A stretch of 64,000 bases of DNA. Source: Escherichia phage vB_EcoA_4HA11. The stretch is from the sequence record MN445184; one strand, 5' to 3'. The position numbers and the translations under genes are program-made. Shown here piece after piece: positions 1 through 9,251 of this stretch. The stretch's first letter is position 1. Each line of letters begins with the position of its first letter. The notes beneath the pieces are model-generated. The model saw only the letters and a program-made list of their open reading frames with translations. It did not search any database and was not told the DNA's origin.

Positions 1-80
1 AAAAGGCAAGGAATATTGCTGAAATGTATGATGACGATTTTCAAAGTCATTAAGTTTGCGCAAAGCCTGTAGAGAAACCA

Positions 81-536
81 TTACATCCCATCCAAATATT
101 TTCGCCAATCAATAGCATTCTTCACTTCATATCCGAGTTTGTTCAAACGATCTAAGCAACTTTCGATGAACTTGACTTTGGCTTTCTGCTCTTGAAGCAT
201 GCTAGACAATTCGATATAATCATCATCTGCTTTTACCCAAACATCTATATCAGATTTCAGGGGTCGAACTTTTAATGGGCGTTCAACATAAACGTTGGGC
301 GGCAATTCCCCTGCATAAAATCGGCGTAAATAGAGATCTATTTGGCGAAATTTGCCAGTTAGATACTCCAGATATCTTCCTTCACGAATATAATGGCGTT
401 GCACAGTCATCCACGAACGACCAATTTTCAATGACATTTGGTCTAAGTTCATGTCTTCAGGATTTACCGAAATAAGAGGTTCCAATTCTGCCATTATATC
501 TTCGGTTTTCATCGTTTCAAGTTTTGTTTCGCTCAT
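81..536 (-). CDS. hypothetical protein
   Basis: 151-aa ORF, ATG start with AGGGAA Shine-Dalgarno; no recognisable motif. Confidence 0.55.
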   Translation of the reverse strand: MSETKLETMKTEDIMAELEPLISVNPEDMNLDQMSLKIGRSWMTVQRHYIREGRYLEYLTGKFRQIDLYLRRFYAGELPPNVYVERPLKVRPLKSDIDVWVKADDDYIELSSMLQEQKAKVKFIESCLDRLNKLGYEVKNAIDWRKYLDGM

Positions 537-574
537 GATTTATTCCCTGCTGTTTCAACTCTCTGTATTATAAC

Positions 575-1072
575 TTATTGTTTATCAATTTCGCGGGTGA
601 CGCGAGTCGGAGTCAGTTTCAAATATTTGAACGTGACAGTCGTGACCAGTTGGGGAACCGCAGCATCCACATCCACCAATACGTTGTCCAAAGCTGTGGG
701 ACGGGCTTCTTCCAACAACAATTGTAGACCAACAGGGCGATTCATGTTATCAAGAAGGTCGATGGTGATGTCACGGCTAACAGCTAAATCAGATCCAGCA
801 TTAGACGCAATCCAATTGTAAATCTGTTCCCAGTTGTACCAACTCTCATCGATAACGAACGTAAATACGATGGGGTCATACGTGAGACGTTCTGAAGGTA
901 TGGAGTTGAGCACATCGCCAGGGGATGGTCCCTCGATACCTTCAGAATACACTCCAGGAATACTGAAGTCATGTATTGAACGAGTAAGCAATATCAGGTC
1001 TCCGATAGTTAAGCGCCATTTATCGGAAGCCGCGAAATTAGGATTTTCGTTTTTGAATTGTACACCTGTCAT
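575..1072 (-). CDS. hypothetical virion/tail-associated protein
   Basis: 165-aa ORF with ATG start inside the late structural operon; function not recognisable. Confidence 0.5.
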   Translation of the reverse strand: MTGVQFKNENPNFAASDKWRLTIGDLILLTRSIHDFSIPGVYSEGIEGPSPGDVLNSIPSERLTYDPIVFTFVIDESWYNWEQIYNWIASNAGSDLAVSRDITIDLLDNMNRPVGLQLLLEEARPTALDNVLVDVDAAVPQLVTTVTFKYLKLTPTRVTREIDKQ

Positions 1073-1135
1073 GTTAGCACCTTTGCTGTGGAGAACGTTT
1101 TAGTGTTCCTGATACGCGGATTCAGAAAATGGATC

Positions 1136-1756
1136 ATGACGATGATAATGGTGCTTGCACTCACAAGTTGCCGTATCTTTGTCACGTCCGTCATTTCTGT
1201 AACCGACCTCTGGGATCCTGAAATCAGAACCATACCTGTTAACATCTCAGCCGACATTGATAAATGCAATAAAAATATTCTGAATCAAGTAGTATCTGAT
1301 TTTCAGAACTTCCAGACTCTTCAAGCTGTTGGTTGTTTTGATGATAACAACCAGTCACTGAGACCATACTGGAAAACCACGATTCCCCTATTGAGGAAAG
1401 GTGACGAAGGAAAGATCCCATATCTATCCGCAAGTATTTATTACTCTCAGAATAATAGCATCATAGCGACTTTCAATCCTTCTTTCTTTGACAAACTCAG
1501 AAGGAATACTCAAGCAAGGGACGTCGAAATCACCAGAGACGTTGCAATATCATTTCAGATAGTTAATAACACCAAATCTCCGATTCGAATTGCCACTCAG
1601 GGTGTTTTCGTTAATGGATCTGCTGTGGGTAATGAAATGAACATCTATGAAATAAGACCAGGCGGTAAAGTATGGATTCGAATGAGTGATGTTGGGGTGA
1701 ACTCCCTGGTGATGGAAGGTATCGAACCAGTGGGAGTTCTCCCCGCTAGACATTGA
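1136..1756 (+). CDS. putative lipoprotein on the opposite strand of the structural operon
   Basis: Only ORF filling the 684-bp gap between minus-strand genes; ORF-track start is TTG at 1058, first ATG at 1136; hydrophobic N-terminus ending in lipobox-like LTSC; no clear SD. Confidence 0.4.
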   Translation: MTMIMVLALTSCRIFVTSVISVTDLWDPEIRTIPVNISADIDKCNKNILNQVVSDFQNFQTLQAVGCFDDNNQSLRPYWKTTIPLLRKGDEGKIPYLSASIYYSQNNSIIATFNPSFFDKLRRNTQARDVEITRDVAISFQIVNNTKSPIRIATQGVFVNGSAVGNEMNIYEIRPGGKVWIRMSDVGVNSLVMEGIEPVGVLPARH

Positions 1757-2485
1757 TTATTTCAGGGACTCTTTTAATTCTGGAGTCCCTATTTTATCAA
1801 TAACGCCTCCAGCACAGAGATCTTTAGCCCATTCTCCAAGAACATTCGCAAAAGAGAAGTTTAGACATTCTTTGATCATACTTTCAATATGAGCAAGTTC
1901 TGCAGCTATCCCATCGGTGATATCGTTTATAACTCCATTGACGGCGGTTATTGCCTCATTGATATGTCCTGTTACTTCAGCAGCCAATTGCTGTAGTTTT
2001 GCCATCCCTTCTGAGGCACCTTCCATAATCATGTCATACAATTCCGATATCTTGTTTGTTACGGTCTGTAGAGCACCTTCCATAGCATTCAGCCATTGGC
2101 GTCCTAAATCCTGAACAACACCAAAAGCCTTGTTGATCAAATCACAATTGTTTGGCTCTCGTGATATACCCTTCAGACCTGATTTGTATGACACGGAAGT
2201 ACCGATGCGAGAATACGCGTCATTGATACTTTGGTCTCCATATGTGTTCAGTGTCGTTATCCCCGTGTTGGCGGCGCTATACATGGTGGTGGCTGCTGTG
2301 AGTTTTTCTGGTGTTAGTCCACCAGCAACCATAGCCGCCTGCATCTCCGGAGTCGCGTTGGCAGTTATCAATGGTATATTGGTACTACCACTGGTGATTA
2401 AATCCTGTGAGGGACCGGAGAGGGACGGAAGCGGGTTGCTAAATGCATTACCAGAGGAAAGGACATCGTAGATTTGTGCGTTCAT
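1757..2485 (-). CDS. hypothetical structural protein
   Basis: 242-aa ORF, ATG start, preceded by TATAAATA box and GGGGG-containing hairpin. Confidence 0.6.
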   Translation of the reverse strand: MNAQIYDVLSSGNAFSNPLPSLSGPSQDLITSGSTNIPLITANATPEMQAAMVAGGLTPEKLTAATTMYSAANTGITTLNTYGDQSINDAYSRIGTSVSYKSGLKGISREPNNCDLINKAFGVVQDLGRQWLNAMEGALQTVTNKISELYDMIMEGASEGMAKLQQLAAEVTGHINEAITAVNGVINDITDGIAAELAHIESMIKECLNFSFANVLGEWAKDLCAGGVIDKIGTPELKESLK

Positions 2486-2486
2486 A

Positions 2487-2516
2487 AAATACCCCCAATT
2501 TTGGGGGTATTTATAA
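2487..2516 (-). promoter_or_regulatory. late-promoter-like TATAAATA box fused to a 12-bp-arm perfect palindrome (AAATACCCCCAA/TTGGGGGTATTT) 1 nt upstream of the start codon
   Basis: Read directly; palindrome 2487-2512 has GGGGG (SD-like) in one arm; minus strand reads TTATAAATACCCCC. Confidence 0.45.
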
Positions 2517-2699
2517 TCATGGAAGATGATAGATAAAATTCTCGCAGAACTTTTTGGTGTATTTCTTTAGAAATATAAATTTAGGTTCGCGTGGTGTATT
2601 TTTCAGATCATTTAGTGTGATATAACTGATTCGCGCCAGAAAGTACATGGTAAAAGCGACACAAAGAATCAAAATTAATTGCAGCATAGCTAACTCCAT
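2517..2699 (-). CDS. small membrane protein (start uncertain)
   Basis: ORF-track start is GTG; internal ATGs with GGAG SD; hydrophobic segment LQLILILCVAFTMYFLA. Confidence 0.35.
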   Translation of the reverse strand: MELAMLQLILILCVAFTMYFLARISYITLNDLKNTPREPKFIFLKKYTKKFCENFIYHLP

Positions 2700-2721
2700 A
2701 TGGGTGTGAAGGCAAACATAT

Positions 2722-3144
2722 TTATAACAATCGTTTGGTTTTGGGTTTGCCCATGAGAGTGATATTGACATTGACACCTGCTTTTTTCATACGGGTAATC
2801 ATGTCTTGCGTCCCAGTAGACGAACCATCCCATAATGCAATTCCAAAGACCTCAAGACCTTTTTGTTTGGCCAGGGTTGTAGCTTTGTCTAACATATCTT
2901 TGTTACGTTGGTTTCCTGCGCCTTTCCCATATATCGTGTGATAATTCTTAGGGATCTCCATTGGTGTAACATGAACATAATTGATTTCACACCAATCACG
3001 AGATATCAAGTCCACACCAACCGCTTCACCTTCTATAAAAGTTTCGATCTCGTGGGGATCTAACAGTTCATCCAGTTTGGCGAAGATTTTATCCCGCTCG
3101 GTTATTGAGCGGGAACCTGTAATGAGCACGACATATTTCTTCAT
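2722..3144 (-). CDS. SLOG/DUF2493-like Rossmann-fold protein
   Basis: Start reset to MKKYVV; motifs LITGSRS, GEAVGVD and WDGSSTGT typical of the DprA/LOG-like SLOG fold. Confidence 0.5.
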   Translation of the reverse strand: MKKYVVLITGSRSITERDKIFAKLDELLDPHEIETFIEGEAVGVDLISRDWCEINYVHVTPMEIPKNYHTIYGKGAGNQRNKDMLDKATTLAKQKGLEVFGIALWDGSSTGTQDMITRMKKAGVNVNITLMGKPKTKRLL

Positions 3145-3149
3145 AGAAC

Positions 3150-3467
3150 TCACAGCGCCCCAAGATTGCTGATGACGTACAGGCTGCACAAGGGAGTCCC
3201 TGATGAACGAGGTTCTATGCTCATTCCCGAGAGGCGGATCAGTTCCAGCAAACCGTCGGTGGTCTGATACGCACGAGTCGAACCGTTTGGACGATATAGC
3301 TCCAACTCGGTTCGCCCTTCCTTTAATGCGTTACGGATGCGTGTGAATACGCTGTGGGCTTGATATTTTTGACGTAGAATATCTAAACGGGTGATGAGAT
3401 TTCGACTGCGGCTGCGACGTCCCGTTGACGAAACAACTAATTTCATTTCTGGTGTTTTACAAGCCAT
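3150..3467 (-). CDS. hypothetical protein
   Basis: 105-aa ORF, ATG, SD AGAGGA. Confidence 0.55.
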   Translation of the reverse strand: MACKTPEMKLVVSSTGRRSRSRNLITRLDILRQKYQAHSVFTRIRNALKEGRTELELYRPNGSTRAYQTTDGLLELIRLSGMSIEPRSSGTPLCSLYVISNLGAL

Positions 3468-3535
3468 GTTATAGTCCTCTATTTGTAGGGGTTGGGTATG
3501 ATTTTAACATACCCGTTCAAATGGTTTAGAACAAA

Positions 3536-4000
3536 TTACAGATCTTGGCACTGATCGCAATATTCGTCGTATGTGAATGTCTCATCACACAGGCCGTCAC
3601 GCATCATATCGGCCTTGGCTTCGCCAAACATTTTCAGGGTGATAACGTTGCCGTCTAAATCTTTACGAAGTTCGTTCGGCTTGGTTTCTATGAAGTCGAA
3701 CACCACAAAGAACCCTTCGGTGACATATTTGATGGTTTTGTTGCTCAGCTTACGGATGCCACCATTCTTTTTGAAGATAGAGGTGCGGAGGTTTTCGAAT
3801 TCGGCCAGATTGTCATCGTGATTCTTGATGGCGTTCAGCATTGCGTCAAGGTCGATTTCAGGACGAAGCATTTTGACCTGATCTTCGCGGTCATAAGAAG
3901 TGAAAGATTCTATGTTGGTGATGCCCAGAGCGTTTTTAACAAACGCGTCAAATTTGGTGAAATTGTTGAATGCCCAGACGGAGATTTTTACGGTTGTCAT
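3536..4000 (-). CDS. hypothetical protein
   Basis: 154-aa ORF, ATG, SD AAGGAA; immediately downstream of the repeated sigma70-like promoter element. Confidence 0.6.
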   Translation of the reverse strand: MTTVKISVWAFNNFTKFDAFVKNALGITNIESFTSYDREDQVKMLRPEIDLDAMLNAIKNHDDNLAEFENLRTSIFKKNGGIRKLSNKTIKYVTEGFFVVFDFIETKPNELRKDLDGNVITLKMFGEAKADMMRDGLCDETFTYDEYCDQCQDL

Positions 4001-4040
4001 GATGTAGTTCCTTCATTTCAGAGTCAGTGTTGTGCTGCTT

Positions 4041-4105
4041 ATGGAATGAAGTATACGGGGTTTATTGAAGAAGTAAACCCCGTTTATTGAATAAATTTTA
4101 AATTT
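4041..4105 (-). promoter_or_regulatory. sigma70-like promoter (GTTTAC-N17-TATACT) with AT-rich upstream element; copy 1 of a repeated ~60-bp element
   Basis: Near-identical element at 51261-51330; both sit 5' of a minus-strand gene start; contains palindrome TTTATTGAATAAA. Confidence 0.45.
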
Positions 4106-4340
4106 ATTTGAAGCGATCAGGAAGAGTGTCGTGAACCTCAGCGCTCAGCACCAGGAACTTGCCGTCTTTAGTAGGGAAGCAGTAGTCTTTCTTGATGTGG
4201 CGCATGTGTTCAGCCGTAGCCGCTACACAGTCGTTAGTCACGTCGGTCTTCTCACCTACCCACATACTGGTTTTGGTATTCAATGTACCTTGGAAGATAG
4301 TGCCCGTCAATGGGCTTGCTCCAATCTTTTTGATTCTCAT
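4104..4340 (-). CDS. hypothetical protein
   Basis: Start reset to ATG at 4340 (MRIKK) with GGGAG SD and ATGA overlap with the upstream stop. Confidence 0.5.
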   Translation of the reverse strand: MRIKKIGASPLTGTIFQGTLNTKTSMWVGEKTDVTNDCVAATAEHMRHIKKDYCFPTKDGKFLVLSAEVHDTLPDRFK

Positions 4341-4711
4341 AATTTCTCCCAAGTCCATGTTTGCGCCTTGGCTTTTCCGACTACTGGAACGTTACGGTGC
4401 ATGTTTCTGAAGCTGCCTGTCTGATAAAAACAGATCCTGATGCGTTCATTTTCGGTATGCTGTGCCCAAACATGATGACCGTCTGGGTATGGGTCGTGAC
4501 CAGCGCTACCTCCTTGTAGGGCTGTTTTGGTAACGACATAATGCCCTTGCATGTAACCGAAGAATCCCTCAGGGGTGATATAACCAGAGTCCGTTTGCCA
4601 ATCTCCCTTGCAATTAGAATACAAGAAATGCTTTGGCACCTGAGTTTCAACGGTCATTTCTTCTGTGAGGACGAACACATCGCCGACTTGAAGCAGTGGT
4701 AAATTGTTCAT
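4337..4711 (-). CDS. hypothetical protein
   Basis: 124-aa ORF, ATG, SD TGAGG. Confidence 0.55.
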   Translation of the reverse strand: MNNLPLLQVGDVFVLTEEMTVETQVPKHFLYSNCKGDWQTDSGYITPEGFFGYMQGHYVVTKTALQGGSAGHDPYPDGHHVWAQHTENERIRICFYQTGSFRNMHRNVPVVGKAKAQTWTWEKL

Positions 4712-4719
4712 AGTGGACC

Positions 4720-5160
4720 TCAGTTAATACGGAACAAATGTGGATAGCCACCAGGATGACCCTGGCCAGTAACGAACACGTCGAATTTTGAACCCTTGAT
4801 CAGGCCAGGCAGATTGCCGGAGTCCAGCAATTCACGGATCTGCTCCATCGCCAACATCCAGGTTTTGGCAGGTTCGGCTTCTGCTTCTCCTCGATTGAGT
4901 ACGAGTTCACCTTCGGAATAGAACTTCCCGCTGTCCTTCATATAGTACAACGTGATATGAATGTACTGAGGGGACGGAACTAAACGCCAACCGTCGTCGA
5001 TCAGATCTTGGCGATCATTGTCCAGTGACTGATAATCAATATCACCAGATGGCAAACCATAGCTGCGCATGTAGCGGAACTTCTCAACACGATCTTTCAC
5101 GTCGGAGATGAAGAACTCTTTCGTGGCAGGGCTGATGAATATGTATTTTCCTTTTGACAT
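4720..5160 (-). CDS. hypothetical protein
   Basis: 146-aa ORF, ATG, SD GAGAGAA. Confidence 0.6.
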   Translation of the reverse strand: MSKGKYIFISPATKEFFISDVKDRVEKFRYMRSYGLPSGDIDYQSLDNDRQDLIDDGWRLVPSPQYIHITLYYMKDSGKFYSEGELVLNRGEAEAEPAKTWMLAMEQIRELLDSGNLPGLIKGSKFDVFVTGQGHPGGYPHLFRIN

Positions 5161-5220
5161 GATGTAGTTCTCTCAGTGATAGACCATATCATAATAGCAC
5201 TGAGGACTGATAAAGAAAAA

Positions 5221-5868
5221 CTACATGAAATCTTTTACCCATTCAGGGTCTTCCATAGGAACCCAATTTTCGTATTTGAACATTTTGTACATGTTATAGA
5301 ACACTCGAATATTATTCCCGTCGTTCATCCGGTTACAAAATCGTTCATGCCCCCAACCTTCATTCTTCCATAATTGATAGAATTGGTCAGCCATAGCCCA
5401 AACGTGTTGGCATTTAGTTGCCCTTGGACGCTTCCATATCCTGATTTCATTCTGCCATTTGATCTGGGCTTGCCGTGATGTTTCCGAAAATCCAATTGGT
5501 TTGTTCTTTCCTCTTGTTACGTTAGACAAATGCGCCTTTGCTTCTTCGCTGAGTGGCCCAGTCCTTCCAAAATAAACGAGGGAACCATCTTTCTTAACAT
5601 GGAAACGATTTAAACAAAGAGGATTGGTGTGAACGGATTCGATCAATTGCGCTTCAACTTGGAGGGCTTCCTCTCCATCCCGACATAGCATTATCACTTC
5701 ATGGGTGAAGTAATCTGGTCCATGTTGTGATATAAGGGATTGGACAACTTTCGAGGACGTAAAATATTTTACCCAAAGTTCTTTGGGGTGACAGTTCTTT
5801 GCGTGACGACATCCATAATAGATGTGTCCATCTTTTGATTCTATTTTGTAAACGTATGGTTGGTTCAT
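5221..5868 (-). CDS. free-standing GIY-YIG homing endonuclease
   Basis: N-terminal YVYKIESKDGHIYYG...R GIY-YIG motif; sits beside the major capsid gene where T4 carries a seg-type endonuclease. Confidence 0.7.
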   Translation of the reverse strand: MNQPYVYKIESKDGHIYYGCRHAKNCHPKELWVKYFTSSKVVQSLISQHGPDYFTHEVIMLCRDGEEALQVEAQLIESVHTNPLCLNRFHVKKDGSLVYFGRTGPLSEEAKAHLSNVTRGKNKPIGFSETSRQAQIKWQNEIRIWKRPRATKCQHVWAMADQFYQLWKNEGWGHERFCNRMNDGNNIRVFYNMYKMFKYENWVPMEDPEWVKDFM

Positions 5869-5908
5869 AATTCCCCCTTTCAGGACATTATAACCCCATA
5901 CTTCTGAA

Positions 5909-5934
5909 ATAAAAACCCCGCCGAAGCGGGGTTT
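5909..5934 (-). terminator. intrinsic terminator after the major capsid gene
   Basis: CCCCGC-UUCG-GCGGGG stem-loop followed by U5 on the minus transcript. Confidence 0.65.
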
Positions 5935-5949
5935 GTAAGTCGTTGTTAA

Positions 5950-7272
5950 TTAAAACAAACTTTTGATTAAGCCCTTCCTGAAATACGGGTTGCTGTCTTG
6001 AGCAATACCGTCAGCAGTCACGTAAACCTGCGGGTCTTGGTTAGCCGGAATCTGTACGAACGGGTTAGCACAGATGCCGTAACGGGTTTTGAACGCCATA
6101 CGCGGAGCGAAGGTGGTTTCACCCTGGGTGCGGTACATTTCCAGCGGCACATACGGCGCGAAGAAGATACCGGCATCCAGCGCAGTTGCGCCTTTGTATG
6201 CCAGAGTGATATATTCTGCTACAGCATACGGGTCAACATAGACGCGCATACCGTTGGACAGAACACCAGCGAAGGTCTGGCCAGTCGGGTCAACAGCCAG
6301 TTTAGTGTTTTCCTGCAGAACCGGAGCATAGTCCAGCATGCCAGACATCGCCAGAGCGGATGCCACGTTCGGAGAACACAGAACACGGTTGCCTTTACCA
6401 CGACGGGTGTCAACACCGATACCGTTCGCTTCAACTTCCAGCATGAAAGTCAGGAACTTCCATTTTTCCAGCGCCCAACGACCAGAGATGTCCTGCGCGA
6501 TATCAACAACACCGTTGGTGCCGAATTTTTTGAAGCGAACAGCACTGAAGTTCATGGTGCGGATGAATTCACGGTTCATTTCCGCCTGAATTTCAGTTAC
6601 CATCACGTCAGACAGGATATTATCCACGTCTTCGCCGTGAATTGCCATCATGTCCTGACGCAGTTCATGGCTGTAATCAGCATACAGGCCGCGAGACTTG
6701 GCAGTAACGGTCGCTTTCTGAACAGTAATACCAACACGCGCCCAAGGGTTGGTGGTAGTACCCAGCAGTTCAGCGTCACTTGACGGCATACCTTTACCGA
6801 TAGTGGTCACGACAGAGCCGGAACCTTCGATTTCAGCCTGACTAAAGCCTGACGGGTCGCCAGCCTGTACAGTACCATCACCGGAATAGCCGGAATCGGC
6901 TTCCTGCATGAACAGTTCTTTACGAGACTGTGCGGTGTTGGAACTGTCACCAACACCCTGGCGAGCGCGCAGTGCAAAGATCTGACCGTCAGGACCAGAC
7001 AGCGGCTGAACACCGAAGAAGTCCATCGCGATGTTGATCGGCGCCAGACGTTTTGCCATGTCGATCAGAACTGGCTGCCATTTACCGACAGTGCTGTTCA
7101 CAGAACCAGGTGCGTCAGATTCGCCCAGGTTTTTTGCGTTCCATTCAGCCTGGTTCTGCATCAGACGGATGGTTACGTTTTCGGCAGACAGAGGTTGAAT
7201 AGCTTCAGATTCTTTTTGGAGAACTGGCAGCCACTGTTTGCGCATTTCTTCGGTTACAAGTTTCTTAGTCAT
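5950..7272 (-). CDS. major capsid protein (T4 gp23-like)
   Basis: Blocks matching T4 gp23 from memory: SGPDGQIFALRA, RVYVDPYA, DAGIFFAPYV, FKTRYGI..NPF; ATG start. Confidence 0.9.
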   Translation of the reverse strand: MTKKLVTEEMRKQWLPVLQKESEAIQPLSAENVTIRLMQNQAEWNAKNLGESDAPGSVNSTVGKWQPVLIDMAKRLAPINIAMDFFGVQPLSGPDGQIFALRARQGVGDSSNTAQSRKELFMQEADSGYSGDGTVQAGDPSGFSQAEIEGSGSVVTTIGKGMPSSDAELLGTTTNPWARVGITVQKATVTAKSRGLYADYSHELRQDMMAIHGEDVDNILSDVMVTEIQAEMNREFIRTMNFSAVRFKKFGTNGVVDIAQDISGRWALEKWKFLTFMLEVEANGIGVDTRRGKGNRVLCSPNVASALAMSGMLDYAPVLQENTKLAVDPTGQTFAGVLSNGMRVYVDPYAVAEYITLAYKGATALDAGIFFAPYVPLEMYRTQGETTFAPRMAFKTRYGICANPFVQIPANQDPQVYVTADGIAQDSNPYFRKGLIKSLF

Positions 7273-7324
7273 GATGCTCGTTCCTTACATTGATATTCAG
7301 TTAAGTTGAAATTACTTAGTAGTT

Positions 7325-7352
7325 CAAAATCAAGCCCCCTTTCGAGGGCTGT
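7325..7352 (-). terminator. hairpin between scaffold and capsid genes (weak terminator)
   Basis: AGCCC/GGGCU stem with U-rich tail on the minus transcript. Confidence 0.35.
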
Positions 7353-7363
7353 GGCTGCTAAAA

Positions 7364-8203
7364 TTAGCCGTTCAGCAAAGCACTGATCTGGCGACGGACG
7401 GCTTCGTTGACTTCTTTGCCAACTTCGTCTTTGTCATCATCGTCATCGTCATCATCGTCGGCTTCACCTTCTTTCTTCGGTTTTTTACCTTCTTTGATGT
7501 CTTTTTCAGACTTGTCGCCATCCGGCTTGCCTTTTTCATTGTCTTTGCCGACTTTATCAGAGAAGTCATCTTTGCCTTCTACCAGGTTACGGAAGGTGCG
7601 CACACGGGATTCAAATTCAGACTCGGTCTGGAATTCAATACCTTCCAGCAGGTTGACAACAGTGTCTTTCTTGGTGTCAACCATACCTTCACAAATACGA
7701 TCAATGACATCATTGCGCTGGCGTTTGGTTTCACTTTCTTTGAGCTGAGCCAATTCAGTATTGGCAATGCTGGCGCGTTTCTCTGCTTCAGCCAGGCGGT
7801 TGGTGAGAGCTGCAATCTGACCGTCTGGGTCAGTGGCGAAACTAACACCTGCTTCTTTCAGAACATTAGAGAAACCAGTGAGGAAGCGTTCAGCAGCTTC
7901 GGTTTTGATCTGAGCGTCAATGGCCGGAGCATTTTTGTTAGCCCATTCTTCAACAACCGCGTTGAGGAACGAATCAACTTTTTCCGCCAACTGAAGAGTG
8001 AAATTTTCTTTAAGGTCTGCGACTTCTTTCTGGTGGGCTTCTACCAGAGTCAGGCGCTCAACGTTACCAGCCGCTTCAGTTTCTTGAATAGCTTGCAGAC
8101 GGGCGGCTTCAACTTTAGATTCCAGCAGACCAGATACTTTGTCCAAGAAATCGGTGCTGAGGCCATTAACGCCTTCAAACAGTTTTTGCAATTCAGGTTT
8201 CAT
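7364..8203 (-). CDS. prohead scaffold protein (T4 gp22-like)
   Basis: Position between protease and capsid genes; alpha-helical charged sequence; poly-Asp C-terminal tract. Confidence 0.65.
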   Translation of the reverse strand: MKPELQKLFEGVNGLSTDFLDKVSGLLESKVEAARLQAIQETEAAGNVERLTLVEAHQKEVADLKENFTLQLAEKVDSFLNAVVEEWANKNAPAIDAQIKTEAAERFLTGFSNVLKEAGVSFATDPDGQIAALTNRLAEAEKRASIANTELAQLKESETKRQRNDVIDRICEGMVDTKKDTVVNLLEGIEFQTESEFESRVRTFRNLVEGKDDFSDKVGKDNEKGKPDGDKSEKDIKEGKKPKKEGEADDDDDDDDDKDEVGKEVNEAVRRQISALLNG

Positions 8204-8249
8204 GATAGTTTCCTTCTGAACGATTTTTCAGTATTTAGTGAGCTGAATT

Positions 8250-8918
8250 TCAGCCCAGATGATTCAATGCTGCATCAAGGCGGCGCAGGAAGTCGTCTTC
8301 TACTTGAATATTGGTTTTCACCAACTGGTCTACAACTTTCCCTTTAACATCACGAGGCATCCAAATACCCGAAGCCTCATCAAGCTGCCATTCAACAGAT
8401 TCACTCACAGCCTTAACATAACAAACTTGTCCAGAAGGACGGTCGACTGCATCAACAGCGGTGAGCATAAAGCCAGGTTGAACGTCGTCATAACCGTTTA
8501 CCGACTTGGTCTCACCCAGACCACGTGTAGACACGGCCAGATTGAAGTCTGCTTCAGCCAATGCACGTATGATTTGGCCTTTTGGTGTATTTAAAATTCG
8601 CGCCCGACCGATGGCATTAGTGCCTTCCCAGAGAAGGGATTCGGTTTTGAGCGCTGCTTCCACCAGATTAGGGAAAGGATAGTCAGGATGTGTGACTTCA
8701 CCGATTGCGCGACGATCTTGGATATACTCTTTGTCGTATGCTTCGACAGCAGGAATACCCACTTTCTGCAGATCATAGTTACGCCCGTTACGGTTGACTT
8801 GGTTACACATCACAAACGGACCTTCGATGAACATGGCCTTCCCACCAGTTGAGGTTGTGACCTCACCGATTTGAAGATCCTTCCCTATCGCTGTGATCTC
8901 ACGCAACAGTTTCATCAT
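8250..8918 (-). CDS. prohead core protease (T4 gp21-like)
   Basis: Matches to T4 gp21 from memory: VNRNGR, GEVTHP, GRARIL, VSTRGLG, VDAVDRPS. Confidence 0.8.
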   Translation of the reverse strand: MMKLLREITAIGKDLQIGEVTTSTGGKAMFIEGPFVMCNQVNRNGRNYDLQKVGIPAVEAYDKEYIQDRRAIGEVTHPDYPFPNLVEAALKTESLLWEGTNAIGRARILNTPKGQIIRALAEADFNLAVSTRGLGETKSVNGYDDVQPGFMLTAVDAVDRPSGQVCYVKAVSESVEWQLDEASGIWMPRDVKGKVVDQLVKTNIQVEDDFLRRLDAALNHLG

Positions 8919-8925
8919 AAACTCC

Positions 8926-9243
8926 TTACTTGTTCTTACTCAGTCCCATCATTTTGCGGAACTTCATAGCCTTTTTCTTGCGGCGCTCGATTTTACGTTG
9001 ATAGCCCATTCCCATACGCTTTTTAGAGCGGAGGGCTTTGCGGTTGCCGATCTTGCGAACACGACGTTCGCTGGCGTCCATAACTTCACAACGTGAACCA
9101 TCAGCCGACAATTTGAACCCAGGGGCACATTTCAAGCGGCGGCGGCGTTTACCACGAGCGTTCACTTTATCGATGACTCGCTGCTCGTCCATACGAGAGG
9201 CCAGGAAATCAGCGAACGTGGCGATCTCTGTGATTTCCATCAT
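8926..9243 (-). CDS. basic prohead core protein (gp68-like by synteny)
   Basis: 105 aa, very basic C-terminus, ATG with AAGGAGA SD, between portal and protease. Confidence 0.5.
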   Translation of the reverse strand: MMEITEIATFADFLASRMDEQRVIDKVNARGKRRRRLKCAPGFKLSADGSRCEVMDASERRVRKIGNRKALRSKKRMGMGYQRKIERRKKKAMKFRKMMGLSKNK

Positions 9244-9251
9244 GCATCTCC

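Noticed and set aside
5998-6783. 261-aa plus-strand ORF antisense to the capsid gene, and similar antisense ORFs inside terminase, tailspike and polymerase genes
   Set aside because: Fully nested antisense to strongly supported genes; treated as spurious shadow ORFs.
7433-7460. GAT/GAC trinucleotide run
   Set aside because: It encodes the poly-Asp tract of the scaffold protein; it is coding low complexity, not a separate DNA repeat element.
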